Positions 23,811 to 34,860 of a DNA stretch of 46,305 bases are shown here, piece by piece. The translations under genes were made by a program, and so were the position numbers. The DNA is from a virus. The notes below the pieces were generated by a model. The model saw only the letters and a list, made by a program, of their open reading frames with translations. It was not told the origin of the DNA and made no database searches. Numbering within the stretch: the stretch's first letter is position 1; each line of letters starts with the position of its first letter. The stretch lies in the UHGV virus genome UHGV-1364013. One strand, written 5' to 3'.

Positions 23811-24227
23811 TTAATTGGGCGTTCGTTGAGCTTCGATATACTGCCGCAGGACAGAGATAGGCGCTCCTCCGCAGCTTCCAGCAAAATAACTTGGCGACCA
23901 GAGTGAACCGCCCCAGAGTTTTTTCTGGATCGAAGGATAGCCTTTCTTGCGAATCAGCCTGCTGGATACGCCTTTCAGGCTGTTGACCAAAGACGAAATG
24001 GCTACTTTTGGAGGATAGACGACAAGCAGATGAACATGATCGTCTTCCCCGTCAAATTCAATAAGTTCCGCCTCAAAATCACGGCAAACACTGGCAAATA
24101 TTTCCTTCAAGTCGTCAAGAATGACCTTTGTGAAGACGCCATAGCGATACTTTGTAACAAAGACCAAATGGGCATGAAGAAGGAATACGCAGTGTCTTCC
24201 AGTACGAATATCGTTGACTTTTTTCAT
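23811..24227 (-). CDS. tnpA: IS200/IS605 Y1 HUH transposase TnpA
   Basis: HUH motif HVHLLV and catalytic Tyr region SPSYF. 138 aa. Confidence 0.85.
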   Translation of the reverse strand: MKKVNDIRTGRHCVFLLHAHLVFVTKYRYGVFTKVILDDLKEIFASVCRDFEAELIEFDGEDDHVHLLVVYPPKVAISSLVNSLKGVSSRLIRKKGYPSIQKKLWGGSLWSPSYFAGSCGGAPISVLRQYIEAQRTPN

Positions 24228-24241
24228 AGGCCAACTATGAT

Positions 24242-25450
24242 TTGGCTATGGAAAGATTGCAAGCCTACAAGTTCCAGCTCCGCCCCAAAGCTGAGCAGGA
24301 AAGCCTCATGCGGCGTTTTGCCGGATGTTGTCGTTTCCTTTGGAACAAGGCGCTTGCATTGGAAAAAGAGACCTATGAAAAGGAAGGGAAGCGTCTGGGG
24401 TTTTCCTTGCTCTGCGAAGCCCTTCGGGACTGGAAGAAGGAAAACGACACATCTTTTCTTGCTGAAGCCCATTCTCAAATTCTGCAACAAGCGTTGAAAG
24501 ATCTCGATAGGGCCTACAAAAATTTCTTTGCCAGGCGTGCGGATTTTCCGCGTTTCAAGAGAAAGGGGGTTCATGACGCCTTTCGCTATCCGCAAGGTTT
24601 CAAGCTCGATGAAGGCAACAGTCGCATATTTCTACCTAAAATTGGGTGGGTACGCTACCGCAACAGTCGTAAAATAGAGGGAACACCGAAACAGGTGACA
24701 GTTTCTTTGTCCGCAGGGAAATGGTTTGTTTCTATTCAGACGGAACGAGAAATTCTTGAACCGGTGCATCCTTCGCAAAATATTGTTGGCATAGACATGG
24801 GAGTTGCGCGTTTTGCAACGCTCTCCGATGGTTCTTGCATCAAACCGCTGCACAGTTTCCGAAAGCATGAAAAGAAGCTGGCAAAGCTGCAACGCAAATT
24901 GGCAAAACGAGTGAAGTTTTCCGCCAGCTGGCAGAAGCTCAAAGCCAAAATACAGCGCCTGCACCGTACAATAGCCAATGTACGCAACGATTTTCTGCAC
25001 AAGACAACAACGATGATCAGCAAAAACCACGCTCTTGTCGTGATTGAAGATTTGAAAGTGCGGAATATGTCGCGTTCGGCTTCCGGTACGCTTGAAGTTC
25101 CGGGCAAAAATGTGCGCGCCAAGTCCGGCTTGAACAAGTCCATACTGGATCAGGGATGGTTCGAGTTTCGGCGGCAGCTTGAGTACAAGTTGAAATGGCT
25201 GGGTGGAAAGCTGGTTGTCATACCTCCGCAGTATACCAGTCAGACATGCAGTCATTGTGGATGCGTAGACAGAGCAAACAGACCAACGCAGGCGAAATTC
25301 AAATGTACGGCCTGCGGATTTGAATGTAACGCCGACCATAATGCGGCGTTGAACATTCTGGCGGCCGGGCAGGCCGTGACAGCCTGTGGAGCGGGAAGGG
25401 CTCAAGCGCCCGCATTGAAGCAGGAACCCGCCTATGGCGCGGCTCGTTAG
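24242..25450 (+). CDS. tnpB: TnpB (OrfB_IS605; RuvC-like RNA-guided nuclease with a Zn ribbon)
   Basis: RuvC motifs GIDMG, VIEDLKV and NADHNAALNI. Zn ribbon CSHCGC...CTACG. Confidence 0.85.
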   Translation: MAMERLQAYKFQLRPKAEQESLMRRFAGCCRFLWNKALALEKETYEKEGKRLGFSLLCEALRDWKKENDTSFLAEAHSQILQQALKDLDRAYKNFFARRADFPRFKRKGVHDAFRYPQGFKLDEGNSRIFLPKIGWVRYRNSRKIEGTPKQVTVSLSAGKWFVSIQTEREILEPVHPSQNIVGIDMGVARFATLSDGSCIKPLHSFRKHEKKLAKLQRKLAKRVKFSASWQKLKAKIQRLHRTIANVRNDFLHKTTTMISKNHALVVIEDLKVRNMSRSASGTLEVPGKNVRAKSGLNKSILDQGWFEFRRQLEYKLKWLGGKLVVIPPQYTSQTCSHCGCVDRANRPTQAKFKCTACGFECNADHNAALNILAAGQAVTACGAGRAQAPALKQEPAYGAAR

Positions 25451-25841
25451 AGCCGCTACCGATAGGAATCCCCCGACTTTAGGCGGGGGAGGATGTCAAC
25501 CCAGTACTATGTAGCCTGCTGTAATGGTAGACTATTTTTTTTGAAATCGTAACCCCTCCGTACCTTGACTTCTTCCAGCTTTTGTGCTGTTCTTTTTTCA
25601 CGGTGCTTCAAAACACCTTCGCTGGCGGTAGCCAACCCCGAAACGTGGCCTTTTTTGTGCCCTGTCAAGACTTGTATCCTCTTGGCTGTGGTGTATCCTA
25701 CGGACATTGACTCCGGGTGTGGGCTAATACAATACCGATTCGTCGGGAATATGCCCGCTGTCCAGCGACAGTTTTGAGCACCCGGAGTTTTGCTATTTTG
25801 GCGGCTCCAATGAAAGGTGTCCGACATCCATGCACCCGAAC

Positions 25842-25854
25842 CTTGTTCACGGTG
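25842..25854 (+). promoter_or_regulatory. Conserved motif CTTGTTCACGGTG (copy 2), 34 nt upstream of the portal start; TAGCAT -10-like 24 nt downstream
   Basis: See copy 1. Confidence 0.45.
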
Positions 25855-25887
25855 TGTTTTCTTCTTCGCTCATAGCATGATGCCCCC

Positions 25888-27432
25888 ATGAGCAAGAAGC
25901 GCACTTATCGACACGCCACCTCCATACCCCAAGTGCAACCGTCGCGTCGTCTGAATCTCTCCCCGGACGTGCGCGACGGCCTTGCTCAATCCTTGCCGCC
26001 TACGCCCGACGACATCAGCCGGTTGTACGGCCCTGCGAAGACGCTCGGCGCGCCCGAAGATGTGCAGCTTGCGATGGATGCGCGGCTTGCGGATTCCGGC
26101 GTCTATTCCCTGCTCCAGCACTCGCTTGAGCTTGGGGTCGGGATTGCGCCGCAATTCATGGGCTACGGCGTCCTCCAGAACCTTGCCCAGAACGGCCTGA
26201 TCCGTGCCTGCGTCGAGACGGTATCCGACGATATGACCCGAGCATGGATTGAGTTCAAGCGCGAAGGGGAGGGCGGCGACGAGTCATTGCTCACCGACCT
26301 TGCGCAGGCGTGCAATAGGTTCGCACTGCAACGCCTTTTCCATGAGGCGACCGAGCTTGTGGGGTACGAGGGCGGGGCCTTCCTTTTCATCGACACCGGG
26401 TCCGTCGGCCAAGAGCTGGAACGCCCGCTGAACGTCAGCCCGTATTCCGCCGAACTCAGGCCCGGCGGCGTGCTGCGCTTCGTCGTCATCGACCCCGTGA
26501 ACGTCTTCCCCGGCGACTACAACAGCCTTTCACCGCTTGAGCCGGACTACTTCCGCCCGCGCTGGTGGTGGGTGCTCGGGCAGCGGGTGCACGCCTCGCG
26601 CCTCATCCGATTGGTTGCAAACGAATGCCCGGTGCTGCTGCGGCCCGCCTACAATTTTTTGGGCATCCCGCAGGCGCAGATCCTCTGGGATTACGTCCTG
26701 CATTTTCAGGAATGCCGCGCCGCCGAAGCCCGGCTACTGACCAAGTTTTCGCTGACCGTCTTCAAGACGAAGATGGAAGATATCCTGTACGCGTCCGGGG
26801 GCACGGCACAGATCGATGCCCGCATCCGGTACATGATCCAGTCCATGACCAATGACGGCGTGCTTGCCGTCGACAAGGAATCGGAAGACGTGGTCAAGCT
26901 GGAAACCCCGCTTTCCGGCGTGACCGACATCGTGCGCCAGTCCCTTGAAATCCTCGCTGCCCTGAACCGAACCCCTGCGGTCAAGCTGCTTGGCATCAGC
27001 CCGTCAGGGTTCAATGCCACGGGCGAATCGGACATCCGCAACTACTATGACCATGTCAGGAGCCAGCAGGAGAAAGTCCTGCGCGACGGCATCAAGAAGG
27101 CGCTCGACTGTATCCAGCTCTACCTGCGCGGAACCATCGACCCGTCCGTGACGTTCGACTTCGCACCCCTTGGCGAAGAAGACAGAGCGGCCCTTGCGAC
27201 GCTCCAGAAGACCAAGGCAGACACCATCGCCGTCTACATGGATCGGGACATTATCTCTCAAGAAGAGGCCCGGCAGTCCCTTGCCAGTGACCCGGACAGC
27301 GGCTTCTCCGACATAGACCCGGCGGAAGTGCCGCAGGGCAACGGAATGCCCGACGCCCTGCCGGAAGCCGGGGAAGGGGGCTTGATGCCCGACATCGACG
27401 ACGTGGACAAGGCAGGGGCCGTCTATGGCTAA
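25888..27432 (+). CDS. Portal protein (Mu gp29/DUF935-like)
   Basis: 514 aa. Positioned between terL and the Mu-F-like gene. C-terminal acidic tail. Confidence 0.6.
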   Translation: MSKKRTYRHATSIPQVQPSRRLNLSPDVRDGLAQSLPPTPDDISRLYGPAKTLGAPEDVQLAMDARLADSGVYSLLQHSLELGVGIAPQFMGYGVLQNLAQNGLIRACVETVSDDMTRAWIEFKREGEGGDESLLTDLAQACNRFALQRLFHEATELVGYEGGAFLFIDTGSVGQELERPLNVSPYSAELRPGGVLRFVVIDPVNVFPGDYNSLSPLEPDYFRPRWWWVLGQRVHASRLIRLVANECPVLLRPAYNFLGIPQAQILWDYVLHFQECRAAEARLLTKFSLTVFKTKMEDILYASGGTAQIDARIRYMIQSMTNDGVLAVDKESEDVVKLETPLSGVTDIVRQSLEILAALNRTPAVKLLGISPSGFNATGESDIRNYYDHVRSQQEKVLRDGIKKALDCIQLYLRGTIDPSVTFDFAPLGEEDRAALATLQKTKADTIAVYMDRDIISQEEARQSLASDPDSGFSDIDPAEVPQGNGMPDALPEAGEGGLMPDIDDVDKAGAVYG

Positions 27433-28207
27433 GGTCATCCGCGCCATCAAGCCCAACGCGGGCATCCGGGCGAAATACCGGAAGCGGCTGGTGTCGCTTC
27501 TCGACGAGATGCAGCGTTCCGTCGTGTGGTGGCTGCGCGCCGAGTACAGGAAGCAGGAAACCCGCATAGCACAGGATGCGTCCCCGGCGAGTGACCTGCA
27601 AGACCGCCTCAAGAGCCTGTTCCGGTACTGGACGAAGCGGTGGAGGGAAAGCGCGGAGAGTTTTGCACGGGAGTTCGTGGGCAGTACGAGGCGGCGCACG
27701 GAAGCCAGCATGAGGCAGGCCCTCAAAGATGCGGGCTTCACTGTGAGGATGGAGGGAAGCAGGGCCATGAGCGACGTGGCGCGGGCCCTCTTTGAGGAAA
27801 ATGTCAACCTCATCAAGTCTATTCCGCAGCACTATTTTACGGAAGTGACGGGGCTTGTACAGCGATCCGCCAGCATGGGTCGGGACGTGGCCTTTCTTAC
27901 CGACGAACTGCACAAGCGGTACGAGATCACCCGGCGCCGGGCCGAATTTATCGCACGCGACCAGTCCAACAAGGCGACCGAGGCCCTTAAGCGGGTACAG
28001 GACAAGGAACTCGGCATCACCGAAGGCATCTGGGTACATGTGCCGGGAAAGAAAACGAGCCGCCATACCCACCAGCTCATGAATGGGAAAAAGTTCGTCA
28101 TCACGGAAGGTCTTTACGACTCTGACGTGAAGCGCAAAGTGCTTTGCGGTGAGCTTCCGGGGTGCCAATGCACGTACCGGGCCGTTATTCCTGAATTTGG
28201 AGACTAG
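27425..28207 (+). CDS. Head morphogenesis protein (Mu F/SPP1 gp7 family)
   Basis: C-terminus HTHQLMNGKKFV...PGCQCTY fits Phage_Mu_F. Confidence 0.65.
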   Translation: MAKVIRAIKPNAGIRAKYRKRLVSLLDEMQRSVVWWLRAEYRKQETRIAQDASPASDLQDRLKSLFRYWTKRWRESAESFAREFVGSTRRRTEASMRQALKDAGFTVRMEGSRAMSDVARALFEENVNLIKSIPQHYFTEVTGLVQRSASMGRDVAFLTDELHKRYEITRRRAEFIARDQSNKATEALKRVQDKELGITEGIWVHVPGKKTSRHTHQLMNGKKFVITEGLYDSDVKRKVLCGELPGCQCTYRAVIPEFGD

Positions 28208-29941
<1,734 letters not shown>

Positions 29942-29951
29942 GAGGCACACC

Positions 29952-30590
29952 ATGCCTTTGCAGTCCCAAGTCAATCTCTCCGTCGCTCCCGGCGTTGCGG
30001 GCGATAAAGCGACGCCCGACCAGAGCATCTACACCCCGCTCAACCCTCTGGCGGCGGTGGCCCTCCCTGTGGGGCGCTTCGTCTTCCCTGTCGTGGATTC
30101 CGGCGTGATCGACAACACGCAGGCCACCAACGTTGCGGGCACCGCCACAGCCGTGCTCGGCTTCGTGGAGCGCGTCATCAACTACGTGAACTATGAAATT
30201 TTTTCTGACGGCACCCTGACCGTCCCGGCAGGCTCGAACCTCACCGTGGCCGTGAAGGGCGACTATTGGGCCGTTTCCACGACCAAGGCCACGGTGGGGC
30301 AGGCCGTCCTTGCCTCCACCGCCGACGGTTCAATCAGCACCGGGACCCCCGACGCCACGCACCTCGATACGGGGTGGGTCGTCAAGACGCCCGGCGAAAT
30401 CGGGGAACCGATCATCATCAGCAATTGGGGACAGGCCGCAGCGGCGGGATCCGGCGGCGACACCTCGAACCTGATGCAGAAAGATTTCAGCAACGCCACC
30501 GGAGCGCTCGGCGTGGCCAACGGCGGAACTGGCGCAACCACTGCGGAACAGGCCCGCACCAACCTCGGCGCAGCCGCCGCCGGAGCGTAG
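29952..30590 (+). CDS. Head-module structural protein (decoration-like) with a C-terminal LGVANGGTGATTAEQARTNLG motif
   Basis: Strong SD aggaggcacacc before the ATG. Confidence 0.4.
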   Translation: MPLQSQVNLSVAPGVAGDKATPDQSIYTPLNPLAAVALPVGRFVFPVVDSGVIDNTQATNVAGTATAVLGFVERVINYVNYEIFSDGTLTVPAGSNLTVAVKGDYWAVSTTKATVGQAVLASTADGSISTGTPDATHLDTGWVVKTPGEIGEPIIISNWGQAAAAGSGGDTSNLMQKDFSNATGALGVANGGTGATTAEQARTNLGAAAAGA

Positions 30591-30600
30591 GAGGTACTAC

Positions 30601-31614
30601 ATGAATCCGACTTTTGAACAGGCCAAGCGCTACGGCTTTATCTTCCCGGGCGCCCGCATGTGGGTAACTCCGGAGAACCGCGCCCGCATTGCGCAGGACG
30701 CCGCGCTCATCACTACTCCGAACACGACCGTCCCCGCCGAGCTTCTGGCGTATATCGACCCGATGGTCATCGAAATCCTGACCGCGCCCCGGCGCGCCCG
30801 TGAAATCTTCGGTGAAGAGAAGAAGGGCGACTGGACGACCCCGTACATGAAGTGGCGCGTTGATGAAATGACCGGAAAGACCGAGCCATATTCCGACTAT
30901 GCCAACGGCACGACTTCGGGCGTGAACTCCGAATGGCAGACCCGCGTGCAGTACGTCTTCCAGACGTCCATCACTTACGGCGACTTTGAAGTGGACATGT
31001 CGAGCACGGCCAAGGTCAATCTCGCTGCCTCCAAGCAGCGCGCGGCCGCCAACGTCATCGACATCGACCAGAACCGTTTCTACCTGCTCGGCGTCGCCGG
31101 GAAGGAAATCTACGGTATCCTCAACGATCCGAACCTCCCTGCTGCGATCACCGCAGGGGCCACGGGCACGGGCGGCTCCACGAAATGGGCCGACAAGACC
31201 ACGGTGCAGATCTACAATGACGTCCTCGCCCTGTTCGCGCAGCTTTCCGAGCAGTCCAGCGGTCTCATTGACAAGGACACGCCCCTCAAGCTCTGCCTCT
31301 CCCCCGAACTGGCCGTTCGCCTCGGCGCGGCTACCGATTTCAACGTGTCCGTGCTGGATATGTTGAAGCGGTACTTCACCCGCATTGACATCGTGACCGT
31401 CCCCGAGCTGCACAGCATGACCGCCGGGGAAACCATGTTCCTCATCGCCCCCGAAGTGAACGGGCAGCGATCCGGCACGCTGGCCTTCGGAGAAAAGATG
31501 CGTGCTGGACGCGTCGTGCCCGACCTGTCCAGCTTCCGCCAGAAGTTCGTCGGCACCACCTACGGCGGCATCGTGCTCATGCCCTTTGCCTTTGCGCAGA
31601 TGACAGGCATGTAA
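30601..31614 (+). CDS. Major capsid protein
   Basis: 337 aa. Position and composition fit. Followed by a strong terminator. Confidence 0.55.
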   Translation: MNPTFEQAKRYGFIFPGARMWVTPENRARIAQDAALITTPNTTVPAELLAYIDPMVIEILTAPRRAREIFGEEKKGDWTTPYMKWRVDEMTGKTEPYSDYANGTTSGVNSEWQTRVQYVFQTSITYGDFEVDMSSTAKVNLAASKQRAAANVIDIDQNRFYLLGVAGKEIYGILNDPNLPAAITAGATGTGGSTKWADKTTVQIYNDVLALFAQLSEQSSGLIDKDTPLKLCLSPELAVRLGAATDFNVSVLDMLKRYFTRIDIVTVPELHSMTAGETMFLIAPEVNGQRSGTLAFGEKMRAGRVVPDLSSFRQKFVGTTYGGIVLMPFAFAQMTGM

Positions 31615-31637
31615 AGCTGCTGCCTTCCCCCCATGCG

Positions 31638-31685
31638 AAAGCCCCAACCGTTAAACAGGCGGTTGGGGCTTTCTTTACATCTTTG
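31638..31685 (+). terminator. Rho-independent terminator (gccccaaccg...cggttggggc + TTTCTTT)
   Basis: 10-bp GC stem plus a T-run after the capsid gene. Confidence 0.6.
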
Positions 31686-31768
31686 GGCTCTGCTCAGTAA
31701 TGATAACTTCTGTCCTCTACATGCAAAAAGTAAGCAGAAATGCGCCTCGGTGTTCTGATAGTCGTTCT

Positions 31769-31797
31769 TTGACAAGGGAATAGGGAAAGGATAGAAA
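31769..31797 (+). promoter_or_regulatory. Sigma-70-like promoter TTGACA-17-TAGAAA
   Basis: Perfect -35 and a 17-bp spacer. Confidence 0.4.
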
Positions 31798-31834
31798 ACC
31801 GCTGTGGGGCACTCTCCTGAAAGGAGGGTACTCC

Positions 31835-31921
31835 ATGCGACACTTCCTCCGGGACGTCGCTGTCCAAGTGATTGGCGGCGTCATTGTGGCTGTGGTGATT
31901 CGGTTCATGCTGAACCAATAA
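31835..31921 (+). CDS. 28-aa hydrophobic peptide (MRHFLRDVAVQVIGGVIVAVVIRFMLNQ)
   Basis: SD aaaggagggtactcc before the ATG. Single TM helix. Own promoter and terminator. Confidence 0.4.
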   Translation: MRHFLRDVAVQVIGGVIVAVVIRFMLNQ

Positions 31922-32000
31922 CGCAGTTGCCCCGGTAGGAGGTGCGAACTCCAACCGGGGCGCAAACTTGAGATGATCAATCTCGGGAGGGTGTCCCACG

Positions 32001-32041
32001 GGGCGGCAGGTGTGTCACCACTTGCCGCCCTTCCCTTTTTC
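32001..32041 (+). terminator. Rho-independent terminator (gggcggcagg...cttgccgccc + TTCCCTTTTT)
   Basis: Stem plus T-run. Confidence 0.5.
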
Positions 32042-32111
32042 AATAGCCATTCCCGTGCTCGGGGTCAAGGGCTATCCTAGCATCAACCTGTTTGCCGTCT
32101 TCGCGGCACGG

Positions 32112-32555
32112 ATGGCAAGACGCATATCATCAAGCAAGGAAGAATTTGGAAAGGTCCGTGTCGTCATGCAGGGCGAAAACCCGTGGTTTGTGGCGAGCGA
32201 CGTGGCGAAGGCTTTGGGTTATGAGCGCCCTAACGATGCTGTAAATGCGCATTGCAAAAAAGTCAGTAAATTCAGCTACGGTAATTCGCCGCAGGGGGCT
32301 ACGCCCTACAACATCATCCCCGAGTCCGACGTATACCGCCTCGTGATGCGGTCGAACCTTCCGAAGGCCGTGGAGTTTCAGGACTGGATTTGCGAAGAGG
32401 TCATCCCCTCCATCCGCAGGTCCGGCGCGTATGTGGCGAGCACGAAAGAAAGCCCCCGTTCCTTGACAGGTCCGGGGGCTCATGCTATCAGAAAGTTGCG
32501 AGCTCAACTGACAGCGTGTCAGCCGGGGCGTCGTATTTACGAAAACCTCAACTGA
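32112..32555 (+). CDS. Bro-N domain protein
   Basis: EEFGKVRVVMQGENPWFVASDVAKALGY is a Bro-N domain. Confidence 0.5.
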   Translation: MARRISSSKEEFGKVRVVMQGENPWFVASDVAKALGYERPNDAVNAHCKKVSKFSYGNSPQGATPYNIIPESDVYRLVMRSNLPKAVEFQDWICEEVIPSIRRSGAYVASTKESPRSLTGPGAHAIRKLRAQLTACQPGRRIYENLN

Positions 32556-32570
32556 CAAGGAGACAATACC

Positions 32571-33374
32571 ATGTCGCAGTCAAATGTCAAGCTTTTTGAG
32601 AAAGAAGAATTTGGTAAGTTGCGTGTTATTTTGTGCAACGGTGAGCCGTGGTTTGTGGCGCGGGATGTATGCGCCGTCCTCGGGACGGAGACGCGGGATC
32701 TGCCGGACATTCTGGAGCACGACGAGCAACGCCCTATTGTCGATATTATCCACACTCTTAATGATTCCACAGGATTGCGACGCGATAGCCGTATCATTTC
32801 AGAACCGGGCCTGTATTCCCTCATCCTGCGTTCCCGCAAGCCCGAAGCCAAGGCGTTCAAGCGGTGGGTGACGCATGAGGTCATCCCCTCCATCCGCAAG
32901 ACGGGCGGGTATCTGGCAACGAAACCCGACGATACCCCCGAAGCCATCCTTGCCCGCGCCGTGCTGGTCGCGCAGGACACCATCAGGCGCATCGAAGCCG
33001 AGCGCGACGAGGCGATCCGCACCAAGGCCGAAATCGGTTCACGCCGCGAGGCTACCGCGATGGCAACCGCCTCCGCCGCCGTGCGCAAGGCTGCGGCTCT
33101 TGAGAACGAACTTGGGCGGGGCAGGGACTACAAGTCCGTGAAGGGCATCCCGTGGTTCCTTGACGTCTTCGCAGATACGCCCGCCGCGTATTCCGTAGCA
33201 GGCCGCAAGCTTTCCGACATGTCCCGGCGCATGGGATACAACATCCGGGAAATCGAGGACAGCCGTTTCGGGAGCGTCAAGGCGTACCACGTCGACGTGA
33301 TCGAAGCCTTCCGGCTGTCCCTGAAAAACGACCTGAACATGCTGGGCAAGTACCGCCTTCGCCGTGCCGCATAG
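32571..33374 (+). CDS. Antirepressor (Bro-N + KilA-C/Ant C-terminal)
   Basis: EEFGKLRVILCNGEPWFVARDV. SD caaggagacaatacc before the ATG. The C-terminus is shared with the remnant at 2590-2712. Confidence 0.6.
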   Translation: MSQSNVKLFEKEEFGKLRVILCNGEPWFVARDVCAVLGTETRDLPDILEHDEQRPIVDIIHTLNDSTGLRRDSRIISEPGLYSLILRSRKPEAKAFKRWVTHEVIPSIRKTGGYLATKPDDTPEAILARAVLVAQDTIRRIEAERDEAIRTKAEIGSRREATAMATASAAVRKAAALENELGRGRDYKSVKGIPWFLDVFADTPAAYSVAGRKLSDMSRRMGYNIREIEDSRFGSVKAYHVDVIEAFRLSLKNDLNMLGKYRLRRAA

Positions 33375-33380
33375 CCGAAC

Positions 33381-33393
33381 TTTGTTCACGGTG
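33381..33393 (+). promoter_or_regulatory. Conserved motif TTTGTTCACGGTG (copy 3), upstream of the connector/tail block; TGTCAT -10-like 24 nt downstream
   Basis: See copy 1. Confidence 0.45.
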
Positions 33394-33448
33394 ATTTCGT
33401 CCCGGCTCTTTTGTCATGATGACCAAAACAACGGAGGGATACAGAGAT

Positions 33449-33862
33449 ATGGCCAGACCCAAAAAGAATACCGCCCCGGAAACAACGCAGGCGACGAAGA
33501 CGGATACCGTAATGGTCGCCTTGAACCGGACGACCGGGATCACGTTCCCCATGCCCGACGGACGCAAAGTGCTCATCGAAGGCAACGCCGCCAGCCTGCG
33601 CGGAAAGGAAAAGGGCGTGCTGCCCGTGGGCGCGTTCGGGCTGACGCGGGTAAACGCCGACGATTGGGCGTACATTGAAAAGACCTATGGCCCGTACATG
33701 GAAATCTTCAAGTCCGGGCTCATCTTCGCGCAGGCGCGCAAGGCCGACGCCGTGGACGAGGCCGACGAAAGGGCGGAACTGCGCAACGGGTTGGAGCCCG
33801 TGGATGTGGAGAACGACCCCAAGGCGCAGACCGAACCGCTCCAGAGCAAGGCGGGGTTCTAA
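33449..33862 (+). CDS. Hypothetical head/neck protein
   Basis: SD ggaggga before the ATG. Confidence 0.4.
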   Translation: MARPKKNTAPETTQATKTDTVMVALNRTTGITFPMPDGRKVLIEGNAASLRGKEKGVLPVGAFGLTRVNADDWAYIEKTYGPYMEIFKSGLIFAQARKADAVDEADERAELRNGLEPVDVENDPKAQTEPLQSKAGF

Positions 33863-33865
33863 ACC

Positions 33866-34297
33866 GTGGCTGTTGTTGTCTTTGACCCGCAGGAGTTCCG
33901 GGAGGCCTATCCGCGCTTCGTCGATCCGAAGACCGGGCAGCCCCTCCTGACCGATGCACAGCTTCGGCAGGCGTTCGACGTCGCCTGTCTGCTCTTGGAC
34001 AACACAAACTCATCCCCGGTTCCCTACGACCCGGCCCACGGCGTCATGATCCGCAAGACGCTGCTGTACCTCCTCGTCTGCCATCTGGCGACGCTGGCCT
34101 TGTGGCCGATGGGACAGGCCGGGCCGGTAGCTTCGGCGACGGAAGGAACTGTCAGCATCAGCTTCTCCGTGCCCACGGCGACGGGGAAGGCGTTCTACAA
34201 CCAGACACCGTGCGGACAGACGTTTTGGCAGGCCATCCAGCCCTATGCCGTAGGCGGGCGCTACTATGCCGCCCGGTATTGGCATCCGTGGGGGTAA
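33866..34297 (+). CDS. DUF4054-like head-tail connector protein
   Basis: FDPQEFREAYPRF...LLYLLVCHLATL resembles DUF4054. GTG start. Confidence 0.45.
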   Translation: MAVVVFDPQEFREAYPRFVDPKTGQPLLTDAQLRQAFDVACLLLDNTNSSPVPYDPAHGVMIRKTLLYLLVCHLATLALWPMGQAGPVASATEGTVSISFSVPTATGKAFYNQTPCGQTFWQAIQPYAVGGRYYAARYWHPWG

Positions 34298-34860
34298 TGG
34301 TGTCCGGAGAACTCGAAAAGCTGCTCAAGCGGTACATTACCCCCGATATCGTCGTGAAGGCCGGGGTGCTCGAAAATGCGACGCGGGGCGAAGGTGGTAC
34401 TCCCGTCGCAGAGTATGCGGCGTACAACGAATACGGCGCAACAATCGAAATCCCTGAGCGGACGCAAACCTTGTACTTCAAGCGGAAGCGTGACGGCAGC
34501 GTCGGGAATCGGTTCGTGAAGAAGGGCAAAAGCGATTTTGCGCAGGATGCGACGGTCAAAGCCCACACCGTCACCATCCCCTCCCGGCCTTTCCTGCGCT
34601 CAACGCTCGATGCCAAGGCGGATGCATGGTGCGATAACCTCGCGGAAGCGTTGGAAGCCGGACGGACGCCGAAAGAGGCGATGCGGCTTGTGGGACGCCG
34701 CATGGCAGACGACATTCAGGCGACGATTAAGAGCAATATGCCCCCGGACAACGCCGAATCCACCAAGCGCCGCAAGAACGCCAAGGGCGCGGGAAAGGGG
34801 ACGCTCATCGATTCCGGAAGCCTGCTCAAGTCCATCGATTACGAGGTAGTCAAAAGATGA
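34297..34860 (+). CDS. Putative virion morphogenesis/neck protein
   Basis: taATGg overlap. Position in the module. Confidence 0.35.
   Translation: MVSGELEKLLKRYITPDIVVKAGVLENATRGEGGTPVAEYAAYNEYGATIEIPERTQTLYFKRKRDGSVGNRFVKKGKSDFAQDATVKAHTVTIPSRPFLRSTLDAKADAWCDNLAEALEAGRTPKEAMRLVGRRMADDIQATIKSNMPPDNAESTKRRKNAKGAGKGTLIDSGSLLKSIDYEVVKR

Larger units (their letters stand above)
23742..25501 (+). mobile_element. Complete IS200/IS605-family insertion sequence (IS605-like, divergent tnpA/tnpB) inserted 3' of TTAC (23738-23741)
   Basis: LE hairpin at 23742-23795. RE hairpin cccccgactttaggcggggg at 25471-25490. A MITE copy elsewhere shares both ends. Confidence 0.8.

Noticed and set aside
25502-25887. 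385-bp non-coding stretch between the IS right end and portal, considered as a pac/cos site or ncRNA
   Set aside because: No repeat or structure beyond the late-promoter 13-mer and a T-run was evident. It is more simply explained as the portal promoter region plus the IS insertion flank.
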